A stretch of DNA of 64,000 nucleotides from the IMG/VR virus record IMGVR_UViG_3300017731_000001; one strand, 5' to 3'. The notes beneath the pieces were generated by a model. The model saw nothing but the letters and a program-made list of their open reading frames with translations. It had not been told where the DNA came from and searched no databases. Below, one piece after another: positions 1 through 11,200 of the stretch. The position numbers were made by a program, and so were the translations under genes. The stretch is from a virus. Positions within the stretch are counted from its first letter, which is position 1; the number at the start of each line of letters is the position of its first letter.

Positions 1-2
1 TT

Positions 3-458
3 GAATTACTTAAGAATCCAATTGTTGCCGGTCCATCGGATGTAATTAGGATGTGGTCTACAAATGATGCATATGCCGGAGTCGGTAATGCCGCAGACGT
101 TTATATGAATTTCACCGAACATACTGATAGCACTGACTTTATTAGTAAGTTTGCCTCTACCGCATCCATTACTAGCACTGACACAACCACCATATATACA
201 TCAACATCTAATCCAACTGTGATTGAAAAAATTGGACTTGCAAACAGAACCGATATTGGTGATTTCCCAATTTCTATTAAGATTACAAACGGAACATCAA
301 CATCTTATCTTGCCAAAGATTTAATCATACCAAGATACTCTACTGTGGATATATTGGATAGACAAAAGAGAATTGAGACTGGTGCTAAAATTGAAGTTGA
401 GGTTGGATCAACATCAACAATTGATATTATTATTGCCGGTAAGAAAATAACATCCTGA
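3..458 (+). CDS. Hypothetical virion-associated protein, 5'-truncated by the window edge
   Basis: The frame is open from position 3 (ELLKNPIVAGPSDVIR...) into the 51..458 ORF. Beta-rich and T/S/I-rich; directly upstream of the first giant repeat gene. Confidence 0.6.
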   Translation, partial: ELLKNPIVAGPSDVIRMWSTNDAYAGVGNAADVYMNFTEHTDSTDFISKFASTASITSTDTTTIYTSTSNPTVIEKIGLANRTDIGDFPISIKITNGTSTSYLAKDLIIPRYSTVDILDRQKRIETGAKIEVEVGSTSTIDIIIAGKKITS

Positions 459-470
459 GGGTAGAGTAAA

Positions 471-3400
471 ATGGGAATAAGAAATGATGTATTTGGTTTA
501 GAGCAGATTTACCAACTGCAGATAGAAGGGCAATGGTCCACGAAAGGAGATGTCTGGTTAACTCCGAGTCCTTTTGGTGCTCAGGCTCCTTTTGGTTACT
601 TTAGTGGTGGTTCTAGTAATAGATCAGTAGTACAACGTATTGATTATTCTAATGATACAGCAACGGCATCGGTAAGAGGGCCATTAAGTGCTGGTAGATA
701 TAATCATGCAGCAACAGGTAATGCTAATTTTGGATACCATAGTGGTGGTAGTCCTGCAAAATCAACAGTAGAACGTATTGATTATGGTAATGATACTGCC
801 ACGTCATCACCAAAAGGGCCATTAAGTGCTGGTAGAAGAAACTTATCGGCAACAGGTAATGCTTCTTTTGGTTACTTTGGTGGTGGTATTCCTGCTCCAA
901 AAACAACAATAGATCGTATTGATTATTCTAATGACACCGCAACGGCAGCAGTCAAAGGACCATTAAGTTCTGCTAGATATTGGTCAGCGGCAGCAGGTAA
1001 TGCTTCATTTGGTTACTTTGGTGGTGGATATATTGATAATACTCCTACAAAATCAACAGTAGACCGTATTGATTATTCTAATGACACCGCAACAGCAGCA
1101 GTAAAAGGACCATTAAGTGTTGCTAGATATCGACTGGCAGCAACAGGCAATGCTTCCTTTGGATACTTTGCTGGTGGTAATCCTTCAAGTGTATTATCAA
1201 CAGTAGACCGTATTGATTATAGTAATGACACCGCAACGGCAGCAGCAAAAGGACCATTGAGTGCTGCTAGATATTCTATAGCAGCAACAGGTAATGCTTC
1301 CTTTGGATACTTTAGTGGTGGTTATGATAAAACATTAGTAGACCGTATTGATTATTCTAATGATACTGCAACAGCAGCAGTCAAAGGACCGTTAAATTAT
1401 GACTATATTAAAACTGCGGCATCAAGTCCTAAGGCAAATGCAGTCACAGGTTTAACAGTACTCTCAGCATCATCACCAGCAAGAGAAAATGTAGTCCCAC
1501 AAGGAACTGACTTTGGTTACTTTGGTGGTGGACGTAATCCAGCTGGATCTGGTACTGTATCAACAGTAAACCGTATTGATTACTCAAATGATACAGCAAC
1601 TGCATCAACAAAAGGACCATTAAGTAGTGCTAGATATAATGTTGCAGCAATAGGTAATGCTCCATTTGGATACTTTGCTGGTGGTAATCCTTCAAGTGCA
1701 GTATCCACAGTAGACCGTATTGATTACTCTAATGACACCGCAACAGCAGCAGTCAAAGGACCATTAAGTGCTACTAGTGATGGTGCTGCTACTGTAGGCA
1801 ATTCTGATTTTGGTTATTTTGCTGCTGCTGGTAATAAATCAACAGTAGACCGTATTGATTATACTAATGACTCTGCAACGGCATTAGTCAGAGGACCATT
1901 AAGTTATTCAAGTTATGGTAGGGCAGGAACAGGTAATGCTGATTTTGGATATATTGGTGGAGGTGGTCCTACATTATCAACAGTAAATCGTATTGATTAT
2001 TCTAATGATACGGCAACGGCATCACCTAAAGGACCATTAAGTCTTGCTAGACGTACTATGGGAGCAACAGGTAATAGTTCTTTCGGATACTTTGGTGGTG
2101 CTTTCCCCGGTCCATATTCAACAGTAGACCGTATTGATTACTCCAATGATACTGCCACGGCATCAGTAAAAGGACCACTAAGTTCTGCTAGAGGTCAATT
2201 TGTAGCAACAGGTAATGCTTCCTTTGGTTACTTTGGTGGTGGATATGATGATAATCCCAATCAAACATCAACAGTAGACCGTGTTGATTATTCTAATGAC
2301 ACCGCAACGGCAGTAGTCAAAGGACCATTAAGTGAAAAGATTCAGAACCATGCAGCATCAAGTTCCAGAGCAAATGCAATACCACTCAAAGGACCTGGTA
2401 GCTTAGAAGTTCCAATATCATTGGGTGCTTTTAGTCGTAATTTTGGACCACAAGGAACTGACTTTGGATACTTTGGTGGTGGTGGTCCTGCTCCAAAATC
2501 AACAATAAACCGTATTGATTATTCTAATGACATGGCAACGACAGCAGTCAAAGGACCATTAGATGTTGCTAGAGCTTACTTAGCAGCAACCGGTAATCAA
2601 AACTTTGGTTACTTTGGTGGTAGTGTTGGTCCAAAATCATCAGTAGAACGTATTGATTATACTAATGATACTGTAGAAGCATCACCAAAAGGACCATTGA
2701 GTGTTGCTAGATATTCTTTGGCAGCAACAAGTAATTCTTCCTTTGGTTACTTTGGTGGTGGAGGTCCTGGCCCATTCTCAACAGTAGATCGTATTGATTA
2801 TTCTAATGATACTGCAACGGCATCAGTCAAAGGACCATTGAGTGTTGCTAGACATGGTTTGGCAGCAACAAGTAATTCTTCCTTTGGTTACTTTGGTGGA
2901 GGTATGCCTGGTAGTATTTCAACAGTAGATCGTATTGATTATTCAAATGATACCGGAACAACACCAACAAAAGGACCATTGAGTGCTGCTAGAAGATACT
3001 TGGGAGCAACGGGTAATGCCGACTTCGGTTACTTTGGTGGTGGAGGTCCTGGTAGTATTTCAACAGTAGATCGTATTGATTATACTAATGATACTGCAAC
3101 GGCATCAGTCAAAGGACCATTGAGTTATGGTAGAGATAACATAGCAGCAACGGGTAATGCTAATTTTGGTTATTTTGCTGCTGGTCCTAGTCCCAGTGCT
3201 GCATTATCAACAGTAGACCGTGTTGATTACTCTAATGACACCGCAACAGCATCAGTAAGAGGACCATTAAGTGTTAATAACTATGCTATGGGAGCAACAA
3301 GTTCCAGAGCCAATGGAATTCCGACTGAAAATATTGTAAATTATGCGGCAGGAACTCTAGGGACTCCTAACACCGGTTACTTTGGTGGTGGTGAACCCGG

Positions 3401-5246
3401 ATACATATCATTTGTAGAACGTATTGATTACTCTAATGACTCCGCATCGCCAGTAACAAAAGGACCATTAAGTGCTGGTAAATCTTTTATGGGAGCAACA
3501 AGTAGTGGTTCCTTTGGTTACTTTGGTGGTGGTTATGGAACATCAATTGGTAATCAATCAACAGTAGACCGTATTAGTTACCTAAACGATACTACAACGG
3601 CAGTAGTAAAAGGTCCATTGACTGGTGTTAAAGATGAATTAACAGCAACAGGCAATGCTTCCTTTGGATACTTTGGTGGTGGACAATTGAATGGTTCTAC
3701 TACACAAACAACAATAGACCGTGTTGATTTTTCTAATGATAGTGCCAATGCCGTAGCAAAAGGACCATTAAGTGTTGCTAGATATGGTTTGGCAGCAACC
3801 GGTAATCAAAACTTTGGTTACTTTGGTGGTGGTGGTCCTAGTTTTAAAAGCACAGTAGATCGTATTGATTATTCCAATGATACGGCAAATGCATCACCAA
3901 AAGGGCCATTAAGTGCTGGTAGATATCGACTTGCAGCAACAGGTAATGCTTCCTTTGGTTATTTTGGTGGTGGTCGTAAATCACCTGGTGCGACAGTAGT
4001 ATCAACAGTAGACCGTATTGATTATTCGAGTGATACTGAAACGGCAGTAGTAAAATCACCATTGCTTGTTGTTAAATTTGCTCATGCAGCAACTGGTAGT
4101 GCTGACTTTGGTTACTTCGGTGGTGGTGCTCCTGGACCATTATCAACAATAGACCGTATTGATTATTCTAATGACACCGCAGCATTATCGGCAAAAGCGC
4201 CATTTACTTCTGGAAATGGTTATAGGAAGGAATTAACAGCAACAAGTGCCAGAGCAAACGGATTCGGTCAAATATCGGGTCAAATATTAGGTCCAGCACT
4301 GGTTTCTAATGCCGATGCAATCGCAGGGTCATTTAATCCAACTAACTTTGGATACTTTGGTGGTGGTCGCACTACTCCTTCTGATATGTCAACAATAGAC
4401 CGTATTGATTACTCCAATGATACTGCGACAGCATCAGTCAAAGGACCATTAAGTCTTGCTAGAAAGCAACTAGGTGCAGTAGGAAATTCATTTTTTGGAT
4501 ATTTTACGGGTGGTGAAACTCCTTCTGTAGTATCAAATGTAGACCGTATTGATTACTCCAATGACACCGCAACGGCAGTAGAAAAAGGACCATTAAGTGC
4601 TCCTAGAAGATATGGTGCCAATGCCGGTAATTCTGATCATGGATATTGGGTTGGTGGACTTACTCCTGGTACTACATTAGCATCATTAGTAGATCGTATT
4701 GATTACTCTAATGACACTCCAACGACATTAGAAAGAGGACCATTGAGTCTTGCTAGAGCTATTCTAAGTGGAACTGGCAATGCTGACTTTGGTTACTTTG
4801 GTGGTGGTAATGTTCCTTCTCCTAGTGTCACATACTCTACAGTAGACCGTATTGATTATGCTAATGATACTGCAACGGCAGTAGCAAAAGGACCATTAAG
4901 TGTTGGTAAATATGGTTCAGCAGCAACAGGTAATGCTTCATTTGGTTACTTTGCTGGTGGTTATACTCCTAGCGATCTTTCATCAGTAGATCGTATTGAT
5001 TATTCTAACGACACCGCAACAGCATCACCAAAAGGACCATTGAGTCTTGCCAGAGATCAATTGGGAGCAACAGGTAATGCTTCATTTGGTTACTTTGCTG
5101 CTGGTGCTAGTTCTAGTGCAGTAACAACAGTAGACCGCATTGATTACTCTAATGACACTGCAACAGCACCGGCAAAAGGACCACTAAGTGTTGGTAGATG
5201 GACTCTAGCAGGAACCTCAGCAGCAGCAAATGCACTTCCACAATAG
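471..5246 (+). CDS. Giant Kelch-like beta-propeller repeat protein 1 (30 repeats, 5 x 6 blades), probable virion adhesin/fibre
   Basis: About 47-50 aa repeat FGYFGGG-x(n)-STVDRIDYSNDTATAxxKGPLSxxRxxxAATGNxS matches the Kelch pattern (hydrophobic-GG, V-E/D-R-x-D, P-L/M-x-x-x-R). Distinct linkers follow every sixth repeat. Confidence 0.8.
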   Translation: MGIRNDVFGLEQIYQLQIEGQWSTKGDVWLTPSPFGAQAPFGYFSGGSSNRSVVQRIDYSNDTATASVRGPLSAGRYNHAATGNANFGYHSGGSPAKSTVERIDYGNDTATSSPKGPLSAGRRNLSATGNASFGYFGGGIPAPKTTIDRIDYSNDTATAAVKGPLSSARYWSAAAGNASFGYFGGGYIDNTPTKSTVDRIDYSNDTATAAVKGPLSVARYRLAATGNASFGYFAGGNPSSVLSTVDRIDYSNDTATAAAKGPLSAARYSIAATGNASFGYFSGGYDKTLVDRIDYSNDTATAAVKGPLNYDYIKTAASSPKANAVTGLTVLSASSPARENVVPQGTDFGYFGGGRNPAGSGTVSTVNRIDYSNDTATASTKGPLSSARYNVAAIGNAPFGYFAGGNPSSAVSTVDRIDYSNDTATAAVKGPLSATSDGAATVGNSDFGYFAAAGNKSTVDRIDYTNDSATALVRGPLSYSSYGRAGTGNADFGYIGGGGPTLSTVNRIDYSNDTATASPKGPLSLARRTMGATGNSSFGYFGGAFPGPYSTVDRIDYSNDTATASVKGPLSSARGQFVATGNASFGYFGGGYDDNPNQTSTVDRVDYSNDTATAVVKGPLSEKIQNHAASSSRANAIPLKGPGSLEVPISLGAFSRNFGPQGTDFGYFGGGGPAPKSTINRIDYSNDMATTAVKGPLDVARAYLAATGNQNFGYFGGSVGPKSSVERIDYTNDTVEASPKGPLSVARYSLAATSNSSFGYFGGGGPGPFSTVDRIDYSNDTATASVKGPLSVARHGLAATSNSSFGYFGGGMPGSISTVDRIDYSNDTGTTPTKGPLSAARRYLGATGNADFGYFGGGGPGSISTVDRIDYTNDTATASVKGPLSYGRDNIAATGNANFGYFAAGPSPSAALSTVDRVDYSNDTATASVRGPLSVNNYAMGATSSRANGIPTENIVNYAAGTLGTPNTGYFGGGEPGYISFVERIDYSNDSASPVTKGPLSAGKSFMGATSSGSFGYFGGGYGTSIGNQSTVDRISYLNDTTTAVVKGPLTGVKDELTATGNASFGYFGGGQLNGSTTQTTIDRVDFSNDSANAVAKGPLSVARYGLAATGNQNFGYFGGGGPSFKSTVDRIDYSNDTANASPKGPLSAGRYRLAATGNASFGYFGGGRKSPGATVVSTVDRIDYSSDTETAVVKSPLLVVKFAHAATGSADFGYFGGGAPGPLSTIDRIDYSNDTAALSAKAPFTSGNGYRKELTATSARANGFGQISGQILGPALVSNADAIAGSFNPTNFGYFGGGRTTPSDMSTIDRIDYSNDTATASVKGPLSLARKQLGAVGNSFFGYFTGGETPSVVSNVDRIDYSNDTATAVEKGPLSAPRRYGANAGNSDHGYWVGGLTPGTTLASLVDRIDYSNDTPTTLERGPLSLARAILSGTGNADFGYFGGGNVPSPSVTYSTVDRIDYANDTATAVAKGPLSVGKYGSAATGNASFGYFAGGYTPSDLSSVDRIDYSNDTATASPKGPLSLARDQLGATGNASFGYFAAGASSSAVTTVDRIDYSNDTATAPAKGPLSVGRWTLAGTSAAANALPQ

Positions 5247-5278
5247 TATGCTATACTAAACAAAAGATTGATTATATG
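5244..5278 (+). promoter_or_regulatory. Conserved 35-bp junction element copy 1 with extended -10 (TGCTATACT)
   Basis: TAGTATGCTATACTAAACAAAAGATTGATTATATG; one mismatch to copies 2 and 3. Confidence 0.75.
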
Positions 5279-5280
5279 AT

Positions 5281-5934
5281 ATGGGTATAATGATCGCACT
5301 CCCCTGTCACGGGGGAATTGTGAATGAAAAGACAACTATGAGTTTGTTTAATCTAGGCAAACTCTTAGTAAGAAATAATATTCCGCACGGTCTTCTCACT
5401 CAGGCAAACTCTTCCTTGATTACTCATGGAAGGTCTAAGTGTGCTAACTTTTTTATCAACAATACAGACCATGAATATTTGTTTTTCCTTGATAGTGATA
5501 TTGGATTTAATCCAGAAGATGTGCTAAGATTACTGAGTCATAATGAAAACATTGTTTCTGGCACATATCCAATGAAGACAATACCCATTCGGTATTGTGC
5601 TGATGTTCTTCAACCAGAAGAACGCAAGGGTGATTTACTCAAGGTTGGTGGAAATGGTATGGGATTTGTGATGATTCATCGCAATGTCTTTGCCAATATC
5701 GCACAGAAGTTTCCATATCTTAAATACATACCATCAACTAAAGATAGTAATTATCCACCAACAGAAGCAGAGATGAATAACTCATATCATTACTTTGCAG
5801 AAGAAAAGATTGATGACAGTTTTGCATCAGAGGATAAAAGTTTCTTTTATCGTGCTAGAATGTCGGGGTATACTCATTGGCTAGATACTACAATCAAATT
5901 ACAACACGTCGGTTCACACGTCTTTACTGAATAA
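5281..5934 (+). CDS. GT-A fold (GT2-like) glycosyltransferase
   Basis: N-terminal IALPC, SLITHGRS, DxD motif FFLDSDI, G-x-GF, SED-x-x-F, C-terminal LQHVG. Confidence 0.75.
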   Translation: MGIMIALPCHGGIVNEKTTMSLFNLGKLLVRNNIPHGLLTQANSSLITHGRSKCANFFINNTDHEYLFFLDSDIGFNPEDVLRLLSHNENIVSGTYPMKTIPIRYCADVLQPEERKGDLLKVGGNGMGFVMIHRNVFANIAQKFPYLKYIPSTKDSNYPPTEAEMNNSYHYFAEEKIDDSFASEDKSFFYRARMSGYTHWLDTTIKLQHVGSHVFTE

Positions 5935-5936
5935 TT

Positions 5937-7691
5937 ATGAAATCTGGTTCAACCGAAACTGCATATCATTTCCTTGCAGAACATTATCAATTTCCTGAAG
6001 ATATTGAAGTAACTCATTTTCCAGAGGAACTGAAGAAATCTGACAAAAAATATAAAATTCTCTGGGCACATCATGCATATGATCAACCAGTGTTTATTAA
6101 TTTTGACCATAAAACAGTAGATCATATTGTTACGCCATCACACTGGGCAAAAGAAAATATTGTTAAATATCACAATGTTCCGAAGGATAAAGTTACAGTA
6201 ATTCCAACAGGTGTTTCTGACAAATTTACTTTCTCAGAAAATAAAACAAAAACTTTTATTCATACTTCTGTTCCTTATAAAGGTTTAGAATTAATGCCTG
6301 AAATTATTAGGAGAATTCATCAGAAACATCCAGATGCAAAGTTTAAAATCTTTTCATCAATGTCATTATATGGTCAACAGAATGATCCATATCTTGAATT
6401 ATATGAGGAATTAAAGAAACTTCCTAATGTAGAATACTCTGCGGCAGTCGATCAAGAAGAATTGATTGAGTGTTATCAAGAATCTGCATTTTTTATTCAT
6501 CCAAATATTTGGGAGGAAGTTTTCTGTGTTTCTATGGCAGAGGCAATGAAATGTGGTACATATCCAATTATCACAAATATAGGAGCACTCTCCGAAGTTG
6601 CCGGTGATAACTTTGCTTCGGTTGTTCCTATTGATGGAACCCGAACACCCGCAAAATATGAAGTTACTGAAACCTTTCTAAATACATTTGCAGAGATTTG
6701 CTGTACTGCTTTAGATTATTTTGAGGGAGACAGAACATATTATAACCAAATCTCAAAATCTCTTTCCAATCATATTTCACAGAAGTGTGACTGGAAAAAA
6801 ATTGCACAACAGTGGAAAAAACTGATTACTAAAATTACAAGTGGAGAACCCATGACTACAGAAAACACTGAACTGTCTTATAATCCCGTCACTTCTGAGC
6901 AGGCAGTGATGGATGATGAATATCTTCAGCAAGCATTTGCCAATGTTCTGAGATGGGAGGATAGTGATAAGGAACTTGCACAAGGCAGAACTAATTTTCA
7001 GTTAGAAAAGTTTGCACTTCTTGATACTCATACTCTTCCTGTTGCCTTTGAGAATACTCTGAAGTCTCGTCGTCAGATGGCAGAGGGTTATATGTACAAA
7101 CTCATTGAGATGAAAGAAAAGGTCCGTGAGTTTGACTTTAAGTGGGCAGAAAAAGATAAGACTCAACCAATTTTTTGGGAAGAAGGTGGACCAGGTGGTG
7201 GTTCTAAGAAACTGTGTTGGTTTGATTTAGATGAACTTACACTATCTCATTATCTGAAGTCTTCTGAACTTGAGATTCGTGATCGTCTTCACCAGATGCA
7301 ACATCTAGATAAGATTCTTGATAAATTGATGGAAAAGAATGATGGCAAACCAGTCACCCGAGAACAATTCCTTGATGCTGATGGGCAGTATTGGGAAAGA
7401 AGATTTGCCGATCAGGCTATGGATGAAATGATCGCGGCACAAACTGGCATCTCTATTGGTAATCTACATAGTATGCGTCGTGCTTCTGCACCTGCAATTG
7501 TTGATAAGAGAAATGAATTGCCAGAAGGTTATATGCCTCTGAATAAGATTCTTGAAAGTCCTCAAGGTAAGATGGACTTCCTGAATGATCTGCAGAAGAA
7601 AGTTCTCACAGGTATCCAAGAAGTCACTGGTGAAAATCTTGGTATGATTTCCGGTTCTCCAGAAGAGGAGCAAAAGAAACTCCAAGGTTGA
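5937..7691 (+). CDS. GT-B fold (GT4-like) glycosyltransferase fused to a ~280-aa helical domain of unknown function
   Basis: HTSVPYKGL and E-x-F-x4-E motif (WEEVFCVSMAEAMKCG, GALSE). Helical C-terminal half with YWERRFADQA...GISIGN. Confidence 0.8.
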   Translation: MKSGSTETAYHFLAEHYQFPEDIEVTHFPEELKKSDKKYKILWAHHAYDQPVFINFDHKTVDHIVTPSHWAKENIVKYHNVPKDKVTVIPTGVSDKFTFSENKTKTFIHTSVPYKGLELMPEIIRRIHQKHPDAKFKIFSSMSLYGQQNDPYLELYEELKKLPNVEYSAAVDQEELIECYQESAFFIHPNIWEEVFCVSMAEAMKCGTYPIITNIGALSEVAGDNFASVVPIDGTRTPAKYEVTETFLNTFAEICCTALDYFEGDRTYYNQISKSLSNHISQKCDWKKIAQQWKKLITKITSGEPMTTENTELSYNPVTSEQAVMDDEYLQQAFANVLRWEDSDKELAQGRTNFQLEKFALLDTHTLPVAFENTLKSRRQMAEGYMYKLIEMKEKVREFDFKWAEKDKTQPIFWEEGGPGGGSKKLCWFDLDELTLSHYLKSSELEIRDRLHQMQHLDKILDKLMEKNDGKPVTREQFLDADGQYWERRFADQAMDEMIAAQTGISIGNLHSMRRASAPAIVDKRNELPEGYMPLNKILESPQGKMDFLNDLQKKVLTGIQEVTGENLGMISGSPEEEQKKLQG

Positions 7692-7692
7692 T

Positions 7693-8226
7693 ATGAACCA
7701 GAAGATTATTGTTGCCGATGACTTTTATGATATGGCACATCCATATTATAAAGGTATCGTAGAAGGTGAACCAATTTTTACTGATGAGGCACCCCAGAAA
7801 ATTTCACATCTTCTGGGTCGTGATATAAAAGTAGAGAACTTATTTAATGAAGTTGCTCTATCCAATACTCCAAATCCAATCACTGCTAATCTTGCCTGTG
7901 ATTGGATTGCGGTTATCTATCTGACGATGCCTGGTGATTGTGTATCACAAAGAGGTATGAGTTTTTATAGTCATTTAAGTACAGGATTTGATGCATTCCC
8001 TGATGAGTATGCCCGTCAGTTACATGGAATACAGACACAAGAAGACATTATGGCAACATTTAATGTTGATAATAGAGAAGAGTGGAAAGAATATTCTAAT
8101 GTATATGTAAAATATAATCGTATTGTATTATTCGGTGCGGATCTCTGGCATTCATATGGTAAAGGTTTTGGTGAGCAACTAAATAACTCAATGATATACC
8201 AGAAGCTGTTAATACAAAATGCCTAG
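7693..8226 (+). CDS. DUF6445-like 2OG-Fe(II) oxygenase-fold protein with degenerate HxD motif
   Basis: Paralogous to 12979..13596 (IIVxDDFY, WxAVIY, KYNRxVLF, LWHS), but HVD is replaced by TAN. Confidence 0.65.
   Translation: MNQKIIVADDFYDMAHPYYKGIVEGEPIFTDEAPQKISHLLGRDIKVENLFNEVALSNTPNPITANLACDWIAVIYLTMPGDCVSQRGMSFYSHLSTGFDAFPDEYARQLHGIQTQEDIMATFNVDNREEWKEYSNVYVKYNRIVLFGADLWHSYGKGFGEQLNNSMIYQKLLIQNA
8179..8185 (+). promoter_or_regulatory. Putative late promoter (CTAAATA) for giant gene 2
   Basis: T4-type late -10 box about 35 nt upstream of ATG 8219, inside the preceding gene. Confidence 0.5.
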
Positions 8227-11200
8227 AGGAATATTTAGATTAAAACAGGTATATGAAGAGCAGTTATCAGGTAACTGGTCCGAGAAAGAAGATGTCTGGA
8301 ATACTCCAAGTCCTTTTACTAAGGCACATCCTTTTGGTTACTTTGGTGGTGGTCGTGCTCCAAGTGTAGTATCAACAGTAGATCGTGTTGATTATTCTAA
8401 TGATACTGCTACCGCAACAGCAAAAGGACCATTAAGTGTTGCTATAAGCATTATGGGAGCAACAGGTAATGCCAACTTCGGTTACTTTGGTGGGGGTTAT
8501 CCTGGCCCAACAGTATCATCAGTAGATCGTGTTGATTATACTAATGACACTGCCACAGCAGCACCAAAAGGGCCATTAAGTCTTTCTAGATATGGTGTAG
8601 CAGCAACCGGCAATACTTCCTTTGGTTACTTTGGTGGTGGTTATGCTGGTGGTGGTGTGTCAACAGTAGACCGCATTGATTATTCTAATGACACTGCAAC
8701 GGCATCAGCAAAAGGACCATTAAGTGTTGTCAGACACTATCATGGAGCAACAGGTAATGCAGACTTTGGTTATTTTGGTGGTGGTTCTGGTCCAAAATCA
8801 TCAGTAGACCGTATTGATTACTCTAATGACACTGCCACAGCATCACCAAAAGGGCCATTAAGTCTTGCTAGAGGTGGTCCAGCAGCAACAGGAAATTCAT
8901 CCTTTGGTTACTTTGGTGGTGGTTATCCTGGTCCAAGGTCAACAGTAGATCGTATTGATTACTCTAATGACACTGCCACAGCAGTAGCAAAAGGACCATT
9001 AAGTAGTGCTAGATATTCACAGGGAGCAACGGGTAGTGCTTCCTTTGGTTATTTTGGTGGTGGCGAACCTGGTCCAGCAGTATCAAATGTAGACCGTATT
9101 GATTACTCTAATGATACAGCAACTGCAGCAGCAAAAGGACCATTAAGTGTTGCTAGATTTCATCTTGCAGCATCAAGTTCTCAGGCTAATGGAATTACAA
9201 CTCCAACATTATTCCCGGCATCATCAGTAAGAGAAAATGTAGCACCACAAGGAACTGACTTTGGTTACTTTGGTGGTGGTAGTCCTGGTACAAAATCAAC
9301 AGTAGATCGTATTGATTATTCCAATGATACTGCAACAGCAGTAGCAAAAGGACCATTAAGTTCTGCCAGATATCTACCAGGAGCAACAGGTAATGCTAAC
9401 TTTGGTTACTTTGGTGGTGGTCAAACTCCTTCTACAGTATCAACAGTAGACCGCATTGATTACTCTAATGATACTGCAACAGCAGTGGCAAAAGGACCAT
9501 TAAGTGTTGTTAGGTATGGTGTAGCAGCAACTGGTAATAGTTCCTTTGGTTACTTTGGTGGTGGTGCTCCTGGTTCATTAACATCAGTAGATCGTGTTGA
9601 TTACTCTAATGATACTGCTACTGCATCACCTAAAGGACCATTGAGTGCTGTTAAATATTTTCACGCAGCATCAGGTAATGCTTCTTTTGGTTACTTTGGT
9701 GGTGGTGCTCCTGGTCCAACATCAACAGTAGACCGTATTGATTACTCTAATGATACTGCTACTGCATCACCAAAAGGTGATTTGAGTCATAGTGCAAGTT
9801 ACTTTGCAGCAACGGGTGATGCTAACTTTGGTTACTTTGGTGGTGGTGATCCTGGTCCATCATCAACAATATCGCGTATTGATTACTCTAATGACACTGC
9901 AACCGCAACAGCAAAAGGACCATTGAGTGTTGGTAGAAAATTCCATGGGGCAACAGGTAGTAGTTCATTCGGTTATTTTGGTGGTGGTTCAGCACCATCT
10001 GCATCAGCAACAGTAGACCGTGTTGATTACTCTAATGACACTGCAACGGCATCAGTCAAAGGACCATTAACTGTTGCTCGGAATTTTCCAACAGCATGTA
10101 GTTCCAGAGCAAATGCAATACCACTCAAAGGACCTGGTAACTTAGAAGTTCCAGTTTTAATGGGTGCTTTTAATGTTATAACACCACAAGGAACTGACTT
10201 TGGATACTTTGGTGGTGGACTTGCTCCCGGTTCTAGCTCATCAGTAGATCGTATTGATTACTCTAATGACACGGCAACAGCAGTAGAAAAAGGACCATTC
10301 AGTGTTACTAGATATGGTGCGGCAGCAACAGGAAACCAATCATTCGGTTACTTTGCTGGTGGTAATGGTCCATTATCATCAGTAGACCGTATTGATTATT
10401 CCAATGACACAGCAACAGCAGCAGCAAAAGGACCATTAACTGCTGGTAAACGATACTATGGAGCAACTGGTAATTCATCTTTTGGTTACTTTGGTGGTGG
10501 GTCTGGTTCTGGTGGTCCAATATCATCAGTAGACCGTATTGATTACTCTAATGACACTGCAACAGCATCACCAAAAGGACCATTAAGTGCTGCTACGTAT
10601 GTCACAGGAGCAACAGGTAATGCCAACTTTGGATACATTGGTGGTGGATATCAAAATCCCAATCTCTATTCAACAGTAGATCGTATTGACTATTCTAATG
10701 ACACTGCAACAGCAGTAGCAAAAGGACCATTAAGTGCTGGTAGACGGAGACTAGCAGCAACAGGTAATTCAGACTTTGGTTACTTTGGTGGTGGTAATGA
10801 TCCCGAGCAGTCAACAGTAGATCGTGTTGATTATTCTAACGATACCGCAACAGCACCAGCAAAAGGACCATTAAGTCTTGCTAGAGCATACTTAGCAGCA
10901 ACCGGTAATGCTTCATTCGGTTACTTTGGTGGTGGTGAGTCACCACCTGGTCCAGGTGCAGTATCAACAGTAGATCGTGTTGATTACTCTAATGACACCG
11001 CAACGGCATCAGCAAAAGGACCATTAAGTGTTACTAGAAGATATTTTAGAGCAACAAGTTCCAGAGACAATGGAATCCCGACCGAAAATATTGTAAATTA
11101 TGCAGCAGGAACTCTTGCGACTCCTAACACCGGTTACTTTGGTGGTGGTACTCCGTCTACAGTATCAACAGTAGACCGTATTGATTATTCTAATGACACA

